DNA of 64,000 bases, from the NCBI GenBank assembly GCA_013239625.1, contig MU056333.1:10254689-10318688 (forward strand), written 5' to 3'. Positions within the stretch are counted from its first letter, which is position 1, and every line of letters starts with the position of its first letter. The notes under the pieces were generated by a model that saw only the letters and a program-made list of their open reading frames with translations, was not told where the DNA came from and made no database searches. This document shows, piece by piece, positions 24,878 to 36,989 of this stretch. The DNA comes from Lama guanicoe. Its lineage: Eukaryota. A program made the position numbers and the translations under genes.

Positions 24878-25450
24878 CTGTTTCATGCCCTCCACCACTA
24901 CCACCACCGTTGGGCAGAAATAAACTCACTGGTTCGGATTCCTTCCGCCCCTCACCATTGGCCAGGATTCATTGTAATGTCACTGACTCTCTGTTTCATT
25001 CCCCTCCGTTCCAACCCTTGCGAACACCTTTGGGCAGGACTGTTAGATCACAGACTCTGTTTCGTGGCTCGCCACCTCTGGCTCCCACCAACCCTCCTCA
25101 CCCCCACGCCCCCGCCCAGGCCAACACCTTTGGGTAGGATTAATTGTTAAGTCACTGACTGCTACGTGCCGCCACCACCACCTCCATTGGACAAGATCAA
25201 TTATAAAGTCACTGACACTTCTTTTAGTGCCTCCCCCCACCCCCCTGTGAGCTCCCCCTAACACCATTGGTCAGGATTAATTGTAAGGGCACTGACTCTG
25301 TTTCATGTCCCTACCACCACAACCACTGGAAAGGATCAAATTTAAGAACTTAGGCCCTATCTTTCATACCCTCTTTCATACCTCTACCACCACCATAGGA
25401 CAGCCTGTTACATGCCTCACCACCGCCAGCATCACTACTTCTGGGCAGGA
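24878..25450. repeat. Degenerate array of ~45-50 bp units separated by variable C-rich spacers
   Basis: Units resembling CACCATTGGNCAGGATTAATTGTAANGTCACTGACTCTGTTTCAT start at 24905, 24953, 25025, 25125, 25182, 25262, 25321 and 25391. Confidence 0.85.
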
Positions 25451-26717
25451 GTCTATGTATTACATAAGACTAATATAAGAGGGGACATAAGCTCAGGGCT
25501 CAGTATATGAAAACATTATTTCCTAATGTGAAGGTATACAGTACAGCTTGCTCTAACCATTTCCACGAACCTTGCTTTATTTTTGGCAACGTGTAAACAT
25601 CAACTAAAATGAAAGGTATAATGTTTTCTAAGGGAAGGTAAAAATGTAACTGGAAACCACTCCCTTGGTCTCATTAGACTGGTTTTCTCACTGAGTAAGA
25701 TTATTGGTATGTAGCTATTTAGCTTTTGTGCCTTCCTTGGATTTTTATGCACACAATTCTTTGCTTAATACTATCTCTACTCTGAACTTAAAGAGAAAAG
25801 TAATGCATACACTCAGAGAGATCAGTGGTCTTCCCTCACCTGTAGATTTTCAACTACATCTTGGTCATCTTGGTGGTGGTATGGTATGTAGACTACCATG
25901 TCTTTTCCATTCAAACCAAAAGCCCAAAGAAGACATAGTAACAACCTCTTTAATCAGGAGCTTTGCCAGCAGAGCTAAGGAACCCTGTTGATCTGGATGG
26001 GCAGACAAAAAGACCTGTGGCCTGTGGTTCCTCCAGTGACTTTCTCATGTGCTGTCTGGAGGCAGAGTGTACTTGGTTGCAGTTGTGGGAGTCAGTGAGC
26101 AGGAAGAAGCTGAATATCAGTGGACAGGGAGTTTTTCCCAGCCTAAGCCACAAATCACTGCTGATCTTTCTGAGCTTGAAAAGATTTGTTTCACTCCCTT
26201 TTTTACTGAACAAAATGCTACTTTAAATCTACATATTCTGCTGATTTATTGAATTTTCATGTGCCTCATTTTAATGTTTTCCCAGAAGGTGGTGAAGTCT
26301 TAGAAGTTGGGAACAATATGGAAGAGCCTGGTATAATAGAAATTGTGCTGGTCCAGGGCTCAAATGATTCAGTCCTAAGCTTGGTTCTATAACTGACTAG
26401 CTGTGTGACCTTAGACAAGTCAATTAGCTTTTCTGTGTCCCCGTTACTTCTTATGTCAGATGGGGATATCCAATTTCTCTCCCTGGCATTTGTGACAATC
26501 ATAGGAAATAAGTGATGTTTAATATAAACACAAGGTATTGTTGTACCTCTTTTATACAGCAACACATATAATTTTAGCTAATAGTTTCAAGTTAACTAGC
26601 AAAATCCAGAAGCTGGTCGCAGTCATAAGAGAAGGATCTTGAGGGAAATACATAGATCATGATGACTTTTGTTTCAATTATTTGTACACATCAAGGTCTT
26701 GCCCACGCCCTGCTCCC

Positions 26718-28240
26718 AGTGGCTCTTGAAGTGGGACCCCTGGACTAGCAGCAGGAGTGTCACCTGGGAACTTGTTAGAAATGCAAACTCTTGGACCCCA
26801 CCCCAAACCTAATGAACCAGAAACTTTGGGGGTGGGGCCTGGCAATCTGTGGTTTAATAAGCTATGGGGGTTTTAAAGATATGGCCACAAATTCTTTGAT
26901 ATTCCTCCCCTCAAGAGATAGACTTTAATTCTCCTCCCCTTGCACATGGGCTTGATTTAGTACTTGCTTCTACCAAATAGAGAATGGCCAAAAGTGATGA
27001 GATAACACTTCAAAGATTAGGTTATAAAACAATTTCAGTCCTATATGGCCAGTAATCCTCAAAATTATCAAGATCATTAAAAAGAAGGAAAATCTGAAAA
27101 ACTGTCACAGCCAAGAGAAGCCTAAGGAGACATGACAACTAAATATAATGTGCCAACCTGGATGGGATTCTGAAACAGATAAAAAGGACATTAGGTAAAA
27201 ACTAAGGAATTCTGAATAAAGGATGGACTTTGGACCAATTTTGTTTAATAGTAATGTGTCAACATGTGTTTGTGAATTGTAACAAATGTACCCTACTAAT
27301 GCAAGATATTACTAGTAGGGAAAAGTGGGAAGGACATGTGGGAACTTTGTGTACTGTCTTCTCAAATTTGTTGTGAATCTGAAACTGTTCTAAAAAAAAT
27401 AAAGTCAATTGTTACAATACAGAATTGATGACTATAGTCATCACATTATACGTTACATTCCCAGAGCTGATTTATCTTATAACTGGGAGTTTTGAAAGTT
27501 AATCAGAAAGCAGATCTTAAAAGTTCTCATCACAAGGGAAAATAATTTTGTAACTATGTGAGTTTATGGATGTGCACTAAATGTACTGTGGTAATCATTT
27601 TGCAGTAGATACATGTATCAGTCGTTATCTTGTACACCTTATACAATGTTATACATGTCAATTCTATCTCAATAAAACTGGGGAAAAAGCAAAAGCAGTA
27701 TCTTTTGGTTACAAAATGTAATGTAAAATATATTCAGATAATATAAAGAAAATATTTGATAGCAATAAAAATATTTTATAACCATACAATAACTCCTGAA
27801 CATTTAAAGCACATGAATGACTACTACTATTAATAACAATAATAAAGTCAACATTTTTAAAAAGACTGTGGCTTCTATTTTAAGGTTCCCTCTCTCTCCC
27901 TCCCTGTCTGTGTCTGTCCGTGTCTGTCCGTGTCTCTCTCGCTTTCTCTCAGAAACCACCTGCCATGCTGCGAGAGTGAGCTTGCAAGCACATCCCTTTG
28001 GAAGCAGCTCCTTTCCCTGCCTGGCATCTTGACTGTAACCTCATGAGAGACCCTGAACCACAACCACTCCGCTAAGCGGCTCCTGGACTCCTGACTCACA
28101 GGAATGTTCACAGTTTATTCTAATAAATGTTCGTTGTTTCCAGCTGTTAACTTTGTGGATGATTTATTATGCAGTAATAGTTAACTGATCTATAAGCCCT
28201 CCGGATGATCCTGACACAGGCTCAAGTGTGAGAACCAGTG
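26718..28240. mobile_element. Nested cluster: MER5A > MLT1F-like LTR > old L1 3' end > 5'-inverted L1MA9-like 3' end
   Basis: MER5A halves at 26718-26860 and 28192-28240, MLT1 halves at ~26862-27030 and ~27860-28190, L1 pieces at ~27030-27690. Confidence 0.75.
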
Positions 28241-28909
28241 TCCTGCGCTTTGTACTCTAAACCAGCGCCCAATTCCTGCTTGTTAATGCCTCAGACCTCA
28301 GCAAAGTCATCAATTAGACATCAAGGGAGGCTTTCCTTGACCATAAGGCTATGCATTCCCCGTGCTATATGGTTTCCTGATTCTCTGTGCCTCCCACTGT
28401 AACACTCAAAGCACTCTGTTATAGGTTGATTTAATGCCCATCTTTGGCACTAGACGTCAGTCCTGTGACCACTGGGCCCAGGTCTGGCTTATTCACTGCT
28501 TCATCCTCAGTGTCCAGCATAAGTACCAAACACTACTTAGGTTCACAACAAATATTGAGTAAATAAATGAAAACCAATGACAGTAACAAAACCTACCCCA
28601 AATCACATCCCTTCCAATCAGCTCTCAATGGAGAACAAAGGCAGGGGTAGAGTTCTGAGTAATTCACATAATAATGGACACTTTATTACATTATGATTTG
28701 ATAAAACAAAAGCCAAAATCCAAAGTGGAGTAGAACAGATGAGGAAAAAAATTACCTCTGATTGTCGTAAAAAAAAAATAATAACCCCTGATTGTCTCAT
28801 CATCAATCACTGGTTGGTGGATCTTGTCATAAAATGTCTCCACTATCACTTGATTTAATGAAATCCTGGTCTCCCTATCTTTTCTTCCTCTTTCTCTCTT
28901 CACTCTCAG

Positions 28910-29115
28910 CTAACATTTTTTGAGCACCTACTGTGTGCTCTGTGAAAGTACCTACCCGTGTTGTCTCTTCACAGTAAATCTGAGGGATGAATATTATCCT
29001 CATTTTACAGGTGAGTGAACTAAGACACAGAAAGGTTAAAATAATTTAAGATGACACAGCTTGCAAATGGCAGCACAGATTCAAATCCAGGTCTTCTGAC
29101 TCCCAATTCTGTTCT
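28910..29115 (-). mobile_element. MIR SINE (others at ~5150-5280, 11410-11590, 26340-26520, 32940-33120, 35320-35640, 39950-40060, 53560-53740, 62830-62920)
   Basis: Core ATTATCCTCATTTTACAGGTGAG...AACTAAGACACAGAAAGGTTAA...GATTCAAATCCAGGTCTTCTGACTCC. Confidence 0.8.
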
Positions 29116-29245
29116 TCCATAATACCAGCCTGAATTGTTTTTAATAGATGTTTTTTAAAAATCATTTTTAGGTTCATAGCAAAACTAAGTGGAGAGTGAG
29201 TTCCTACAAACCTGTACCTTCCCCCTGCACACAGCCTCCCCCAAC

Positions 29246-29588
29246 NNNNNNNNNNNNNNNNNNNNNNNNNNNNNNNNNNNNNNNNNNNNNNNNNNNNNNN
29301 NNNNNNNNNNNNNNNNNNNNNNNNNNNNNNNNNNNNNNNNNNNNNNNNNNNNNNNNNNNNNNNNNNNNNNNNNNNNNNNNNNNAAAAATACTCTGTGCTC
29401 TGCCTACACACCCCTNNNNNNNNNNNNNNNNNNNNNNNNNNNNNNNNNNNNNNNNNNNNNNNNNNNNNNNNNNNNNNNNNNNNNNNNNNNNNNNNNNNNN
29501 NNNNNNNNNNNNNNNNNNNNNNNNNNNNNNNNNNNNNNNNNNNNNNNNNNNNNNNNNNNNNNNNNNNNNNNNNNNNNNNNNNNNNNNN
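29246..29588. other. Assembly gaps (N runs 29246-29383, 29416-29588; also 30785-30922, 56571-56723, 57769-58037)
   Basis: Runs of N, all inside or at the edge of L1 fragments. Confidence 0.99.
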
Positions 29589-30259
29589 ATTTCTTTTTAG
29601 GTCTGAATAATATTCCATTGTCTGGATGTAGCATAGTTTATTTGTCTATTCACCTCTTGAAGGAAATTTCAGTTGCATGCAAGATTCACTAGCCCACCTT
29701 TTGATTTTAAAAGTGGAAAGTAAGAGTGTGAAGATGAGTGAACTAGAGGAGCAAGAACTACTTCAGTTTTACTAAATTTATATCTTCAATCAAGTATGTG
29801 TGTGATTGGGAGCAGTAGCTCTATTCTCCCAAGTGCCCAGATTCTTGAATTTTTTGACAAACTGTCTTAGATGGTACAAATCCTCTTGAAGTTCGTTTAT
29901 CCTGGTCCTTTTGTTTCTAATTAAGGAGGGTTTTCAGCCTTAATAGTCTTTCTCTTCCCCTAAAAGAAGTCAGGAAAGATATTAAGTACAGGGAGAGTTA
30001 GGCAGGATAATTTATTGAGAAACTAAATCTGGGTTTTGTTTTTGCTGCTTTTGGAGGGACAAAAGGAAGAGGTAGCTGATTTCCCCCAACCTAAAAGACG
30101 ACGGGACCTTTGGGCTGCTGTGCCTTGGGAAATCCATTAGTTGCTTCGTAGAGCAGGGTGCTTTGGTTTCCAGGGCTGAAAACAGAAGTCGAAAGATACA
30201 GGAGATATTCTGCTAGTCTCTGTAAATTCATTCCCTCTTCTGTTGGTAACTACCCCCAC

Positions 30260-31312
30260 CTGTGTTTAGTTTCCCATGCAATACAATTGCGCTTTGGCTG
30301 GGGTGAAGGTGGGGGTGGAGAATTGCCTACTTTGGTTGTAGTCATGAGATATATGGCTCAATCTAAAAACTAACAAGCTTAATTAACTCTGACCACTGGC
30401 CATGGCTCATGGTTATTGGCACATCACCCAAATTAGGCCAGTAAAAAGGAGAAGACATTTCCTGGGGACTTCTGTAAAAGAAACCTGCTTGCTGTTTGGA
30501 GGAAGCTTCTGGAAGAATCTCTCTCTCTCTTCTCTTTCTACCCCCTCCCCATCTCTAAACACAGACATGGAAGCATTAGCTGACAACCATGTTGTGATCA
30601 GGGTAAAGCTGACTGTGGAAAACGGAGCAAAAGAGGAAGAGGCTGGGTCCTAGATGATGTTGTCAGGCAACTAAATCAAACCAATCCTGAAGCTTCCTCT
30701 GAACTTCCAGTTCCATAAGCCAGTACATCTCCTTTATGATTTAGGCCATCTTGGGTAGCTTTGTCTTGCTTAGAGTCAAAAGTANNNNNNNNNNNNNNNN
30801 NNNNNNNNNNNNNNNNNNNNNNNNNNNNNNNNNNNNNNNNNNNNNNNNNNNNNNNNNNNNNNNNNNNNNNNNNNNNNNNNNNNNNNNNNNNNNNNNNNNN
30901 NNNNNNNNNNNNNNNNNNNNNNGTGAAGTAAGTCAGACAAAGAGAGACAAAGGTCATATGATGTTACTTATATGTGGAATCTAAAATATGATGCAAATGA
31001 ACTTATTTATAAAACAGAAACAGACTCATAGACACAGAAAACAAACTTAAGGTTACCAAAGGGAAAACAGGGTGGGGGCTGGGCAGGGATAAATTAGGAG
31101 TTTGGGATTAGCAGATACAAACTACTACATACAAAATAGATTAACAACAAGGTCCTACTGTATAGCACAGGGAACTACTTTCAATATCTTGTAACAAACT
31201 ATAATGAAAAAGAATATATATACATATAACTGAATCAGTTCGCTGTGCACCATAAACTAACACAACACTGTAAATCAACTATACTTCAATTTAAAAACAA
31301 GTATCCTAACTT
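30260..31312 (+). mobile_element. Ancient MLT1-type LTR split by the L1 at 30785-31298
   Basis: GGGTCCTAGATGATGTT...GAACTTCCAGTT...CAAAAGTA [L1] TCCTAACT. Confidence 0.6.
30923..31298 (+). mobile_element. L1 3' UTR (laurasiatherian type), 5' part lost in an N gap, inserted in an MLT1 LTR
   Basis: ...GTAAGTCAGAC...ATGTGGAATCTAAAA...GTAAATCAACTATACTTCAATTTAAAAA. Confidence 0.88.
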
Positions 31313-32561
31313 CCACACAAAGCATTCTCAGATACTCTGCATACACATTTGGGAAAAGCCTCACATTGATGGTTGCTGGTGGGTGTCTTTCTAGCTCTCA
31401 TATGGGAATTCAAACCCAAATTTAATTTGATTTTTTAAAAAATAAAGAAAGGTAATGTTTCAAGCGCCCAAGTGTTAGGAAACAAAATCACGTCCTATAA
31501 TATCCAGAGGAAAAGAAATAATAACGGAGGCTCATTAAGTAAATCATGGCACATGCATTCAATGGAACATTATACTGTTATTAAAATTCATTGTATGAAG
31601 TCTATATGAGAACATGGAAAATACAAACATTATAAGTGGGTAAAAGCAAGACACAAAACTATGTATCAAATTTGAGGTCAGCTTAAAGAGTCCACAAAAC
31701 TTTATAGAAAAAAAAGTCTGGAAGGAAACAGAGCATAGTGCCAACAATTCAAGAACGCTAAAGAGTGTTTTGAGTGATACCATTTAGGAAATCCTTGGAG
31801 TTCCTGGGTAAAAAGTGATCCAAAAACATGAGCCAAGGATAGGTAACACGAATGGCCTTATTCAGTTTTCCTTCATTTTAAAAGATGAAGGTTAATTATA
31901 CAGAGACTTGTCCGAATCCACAATTTTTTTATCCAAAACATGATCTTATCGGTTCTTATTAATATTTACTTACTGCCCATAATTAACTGAGCATGAATCA
32001 TCATGAAGTTCATATGCAGTGGACTCTGACATCTAAGGTGCCACTTCTTATATGGAAAACTTGGCGTTTCTTACATCAGCAAGTCTAGTACAGCCTTACC
32101 CATCCAAGCTGTTTGCCAAGAAGCAGCCCCCACCCTCATCCCTGACCACCACCACCAGCAAACTTGACAGTGAACCCGAGTCAGTTCCCAAGTTGCTAAC
32201 ATTTCCATCAGAGACGGTTGTTGTGTAGCTGCCAGGAGGGCCTCTTCCCAAGGCCTCTGAGATCTTATTATCAGCTCCAATTCTTTTCGCCTTTCCCTCC
32301 TACCACTTATCCCAATTTTCTGGAGGTTTGAAGCTTTGAGGAAAAGAAAGACTGCCATTCCTCACAAGGAGACTGGGAATTCCTGCTCTAGGATAATCTG
32401 TCCTGTGCACCATCTGATGCCTGAGACAACTATAAATCAGTGATTTTAAAGGACCAGGTCTGGGGCCACCTTCCACACATTCCACAATTTGAAGTGTGTA
32501 AAAGAACAGAATCAAAAAGGCCAGGTTTCTAAATCTAAAAAGATTCCATCTCTTTAGAAGT

Positions 32562-32890
32562 ACTAAGGCCCATGTGGGGTTATTGAGCACTTGAAACATG
32601 CTGGTCCAAATTGAGACAGGTTCTAAATGTAAATTCACACCAGATTTTGATGACTTAGGATAAGGAAAAGAAAGAAAAAGAAAAGAGAATACGAACTATC
32701 ACATTAATAATTGCATGTTGATTACATGCTGAAATAACATTTAGATATATTGGTTAAATCATATATATTTTTAAAATTAATTTCTTCTGTTTCTTTTACC
32801 CTTTCTAAAGTGTGGCTTCTAGAAAATGTAAAACTGTATCTGTGGCTTGCATTTGGGGCTCATGTTAGATTGCTACTGGGCAGTGCTGTG
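32562..32890 (-). mobile_element. MER33-type hAT MITE
   Basis: TATTGAGCACTTGAAA...CTAGAAAATGTAAAACTGTATCTGTGGCTTGCATT...GGGCAGTGCTG. Confidence 0.75.
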
Positions 32891-35800
32891 CTCAGTATAC
32901 TGCCGGGTGTCCTTGTACTTCTGTGGATACAGACAAGGTAATTAACACTTGCTGCTGGGCTTCTTTGTGCCAGAGCTGTGTTGGGTACACTTAGCTCTTT
33001 TAATCTTCATATCAATCCTGCAAGGCACTCATGAGTATACTCATTTACAGAAGAGAAAACTGAGGCTCAAAGTAGTTAAGCAACTTGCCCAAGGCCACAC
33101 ACTGAAGTATGGCAGAGCCGGTAAATTCAACATTGGATAATTGTTCAGGGCGTTATCCAGTTGCCAACACTTTGCTTTCTGGCACGACTGGACGACCTAT
33201 ACAAGCAGAGGAAGTGATGCCAAAACAAATGGGAGGAGATGTGTTCTTTGAAACTGAAATTGCTTCACACGAACAAGTCTCATCAAAAAAATAAAACTAC
33301 ACCTCCTTAGTCCTTGATGCCAAGTTGCCAAAACACATGGCTGGTGACAAGTGTTATAGCATGGCCTTTCTTTTTGTCTAACCATGACTTGGAAAGAGGG
33401 GTTGAGTGGGTGCTGTTTAAGAGCTAGACTTGCCACCATTTAAAAAAGATTCCTGTCTATAGTTTTGTCTATAGTTTGAGATGTAATAGAAAGAAAAATT
33501 TGCTAGTTAGCCCTATAATTTCCTTTTCCCCGCAGAGCATCTCGATGGATTTGGATATATAAGTTTGGGCTTGCACCTGTGGGAAGAAGTACTTGGACCC
33601 CTCACTCCTTAGGGTGATCTGGGGAGGGAGAGGATGAAGTAGAATCAGGGTGGAGGTGGGGGGAGCTTTAAGAAGGGTTGGATTGTAAGGTCCATGTTCT
33701 CCCCCTCCTCACCAATTTCATAACAGGTACTTCATCACAAATGCTTGTTTGGGGGTGATTTTTTTTTTCTGGCAGAGTCTGGTGAAAGAGGTGCGTGGTT
33801 CAGTAGCAGCTGTGCAGGAGAAAGATCCAAGTATCAGAGGCGTCCAGAACATGGTAGGAGCAGTAATCCTGAGAGGGCCGAGGACTGTGATGGGCTGTGG
33901 GATCTGAGGGGAGCAGGGAAACCTGCCAATGAGTTCAAGAGCTCCCCCCCAGGGATGGAGCTGCAGTTACTTGAAGTAACTTGCCAGTCACAGTGCAGTC
34001 ATTGGCAGGTTTCCTTGCTCACCTGATGGTGTTTTCTGGCATAGTCTCTCAAATCAGAAACCTGCACAAGGTCAGGTAACTGCAGCTCCATCCCTGGGGG
34101 GAACTCTTAGAAAGCACAGGCACACATCTGAGTTTTCCAAGCCGAGGCGACAGAGCTGGAGTACTTGTCTGCCCATTCCCCTGGTTGGTGACTGAGAGTT
34201 GCTCCTGAGGAGAGCAAGGCGTTTCCCTAGCACTTTGAGCCTGCTGTGTGTACTGTGTGGAATTTTATTATTCTCTGGCTCTTATGGAAAATCACTTTAT
34301 AACACATATATATGCTTATATTATTTCATTTCCATTGTTTGGAACTGACAAACTTGCTACAATGCTGTACTTAAGAAGACTTCTGGAATTAGCTTTGTGT
34401 ACTTAGTATTATATTGCAAAGATTCATTTTATCTTATGTATGTAGCCCTAGGGGCATTTAGGTTGTTTCTAGCCTGTCTTTCTCTCTCTCTCTTTCCTTC
34501 CTTTCTTCTTTTTGTGTATTGATTTATCTACTACAAATAGTAAACAATGCTGCTGTGAATGTTATTTTTGGACAGGTTTATAGATTCCATGAGAATATTT
34601 AATAACAGGATAATACAAAATGATTAATTTATATTCCTATTGATAAATACGAGATTTTATTCATCCGTATCCTCTTCTTCAAAACCTGGTATTGTCGGAC
34701 AGCTTCACTGAATGCTCTAGTTTTCAGTTTGGGTGTTGGGTTCATGGAGGTTCCTATTTATTTATGTATTTATTTAAAAAGAGAGGCACATGTGGACCTG
34801 TGTATCTTGAGCCCAAGATTATGACTAACTCAGTTCTATGTAGTTACGGACCCCCCTTGAAAACAGTGCAGTCACAGGATACCTATCAGGTTCTAGAAAT
34901 GAGGTTCTGTAAACACCTCAGCCCAGTTAGGGGCTTGAAGATCCGGCCTCAGTCTAGATACCACTCTGAGCTGGGCAGTGTTTGTTCTTCTTCCAGAGAT
35001 CCCTTCCTTCGTGCTGCCTCCACCAGACCACTATCATCCAAATGGGCCTGAAGAGTTCTCCTTGCTTCCCACAATTTCCCTTCCCAACGAAACATAACTC
35101 TTCAGTGTCCCATTTCCTCAAGACTCTGCTCCTTCCTAGAAGGGACTTGAAGTGGAAACTTAAGGTACCAGAGCCTAGGAATTGGGTGGATAAAGTTGGT
35201 TGTGTGGGCCTTTGGGCATTCCTCATGACACCAGGCAGGCCAACATCTGTCCCCGCTGAAGTGTAGGTCACCCCTAGATACTGGTACTCCCTACTGGGTC
35301 ATCCCACAAGATTAGGCAGTATTGCTACTTACTGACTGTGTGGTTTTAGGCAAGGTATTTAACCTCTCCCGGCTTTGGTTTTCTCACCTGGAAAATGGGA
35401 GTGATAAAACCTCCTTTGAGGGTTTATTGTGAGAACTGGAGACAACATCCTCCTGGCCTCAGGAAGCTTTCAATTAGGGGGGCATGACAGCCTGGCCTAC
35501 TAGACACTTGACCTCCAAGTTCCAGGCCTAGATCTGCCTGCCACTAACTAGCTCTGTGGGGTTGGGAAAATTGCTTCATCTTTTCATGCCCAGTTCCTCA
35601 AATGTAAAGTGAGAGGGCTGGACTTCAGCTGATCTCTAAAAAGAAGATCATGAGTCTATGAGAAGAACCCTGGCTACCATAGTCAATTATTTATCCACGT
35701 CAATGTAGCCACCCAGAGCTATCATGCCTCAAGTACTAACTTATTCAACAGATCCTAAGGGAAGAGTTAGGACAAAAACTTTCCCAGGAAATGAGAGAAT

Positions 35801-36989
35801 AATTCTGTTTTACTTGAGGGAATAATTTCCAAATCTGAAAGACGAAGGAAATAGTGAAAGGGAGTGGGGGAGATAACTATAAAATTTACATATAAAAGCC
35901 ATGTTTGTGTTCAAAACTGAGTTCAGAACTCTGATATTATTCTCCAATTACTCCAATTATTTTTTCACCACTCAAGATTATTGCATGAGTCAGAGCTGTA
36001 TTCTGTTTCTCCTTGTATAACACTTTTCTTCTTTTATTCCTTTCCCTCAAAATAGCTTCGTTCTTTCACTGCATGTTTTTCCTTCTCTGCATTCCTGTTG
36101 TTGTTTTGGTTTCAGTGAGAAAGTCATTTTGGTCTTGGGTAAGTTTCATTTGGCAGCATAACCCGAATAATACCTGTTCTCATTCCTAAGCTATGTTCCC
36201 TCACAGCCATGGTCACGGAGTTCCATCTGAACTAGACCAAAGCTGAATTTCAGGAGACCATTAACAAAAACTAGAGGAACATTTTCTCTTTCCATTATTT
36301 AAACCTTCAACCTCAGGCAATTCTTTTGGCTTTCCCGATAGCACTCCTGGCTTCTCACAAGGTTGGAGACTTACCTGTATTCTCCCCTTACACTACTCTG
36401 TGAATTCACCTACCTAACAAATCTCCTATTGTCCTTTGTCTGCTTACGGGACTGGCCTTGTTCCTGATGAAGAACCACTGCCTATACACTGGATGAGAGG
36501 CAGTTGCAAAGAAATTTTAATTAACTCAGACACCTTGGAGACAAAAAAATCTCTCCAACAACACCAGGAGAATAAAAGGAAGAAAGAGGAGAGGGTGAGT
36601 TTACGGTTCAAGTCTCAAAATAACCAAGACTCAAGATGGAGATGGCAGTGATCAAGAATTAGAGAGCTAAGAGGAAGAGCAAGTGATGGAGTGATTCTGG
36701 CCAGAGGTGACAAGTGACCAAAGAGATGAAGCTAAGGCCCTGGGGCCGGGGGGCCTGTCTACAACCTACATTCGTCTTTCTGGGTAGGCAAAATACGTGT
36801 GCACATGTGCTTTGGTGGCGACCGTGGTGCGTGTGTTTCAGCCCCTCCCCAAAAGCAGTTTCCTGTTGGACTTCTCACCACCACCTAGCTTTTCCTGAAG
36901 GTGCTGTTCTCGCTAACATCAGCCAGAAACACTCAGAGGAGATGACAGTTCCTAGGTTCCGTCCCCATTCTCCCACCACACCAAATTCA

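Noticed and set aside
24878-25450. CRISPR interpretation of the repeat-spacer array
   Set aside because: Mammalian DNA, diverged repeats, low-complexity spacers of very unequal length and no cas genes.
29046-29692. ORFs containing X runs (also near 30.7, 56.5 and 57.7 kb)
   Set aside because: Artefacts of N gaps within L1 fragments.
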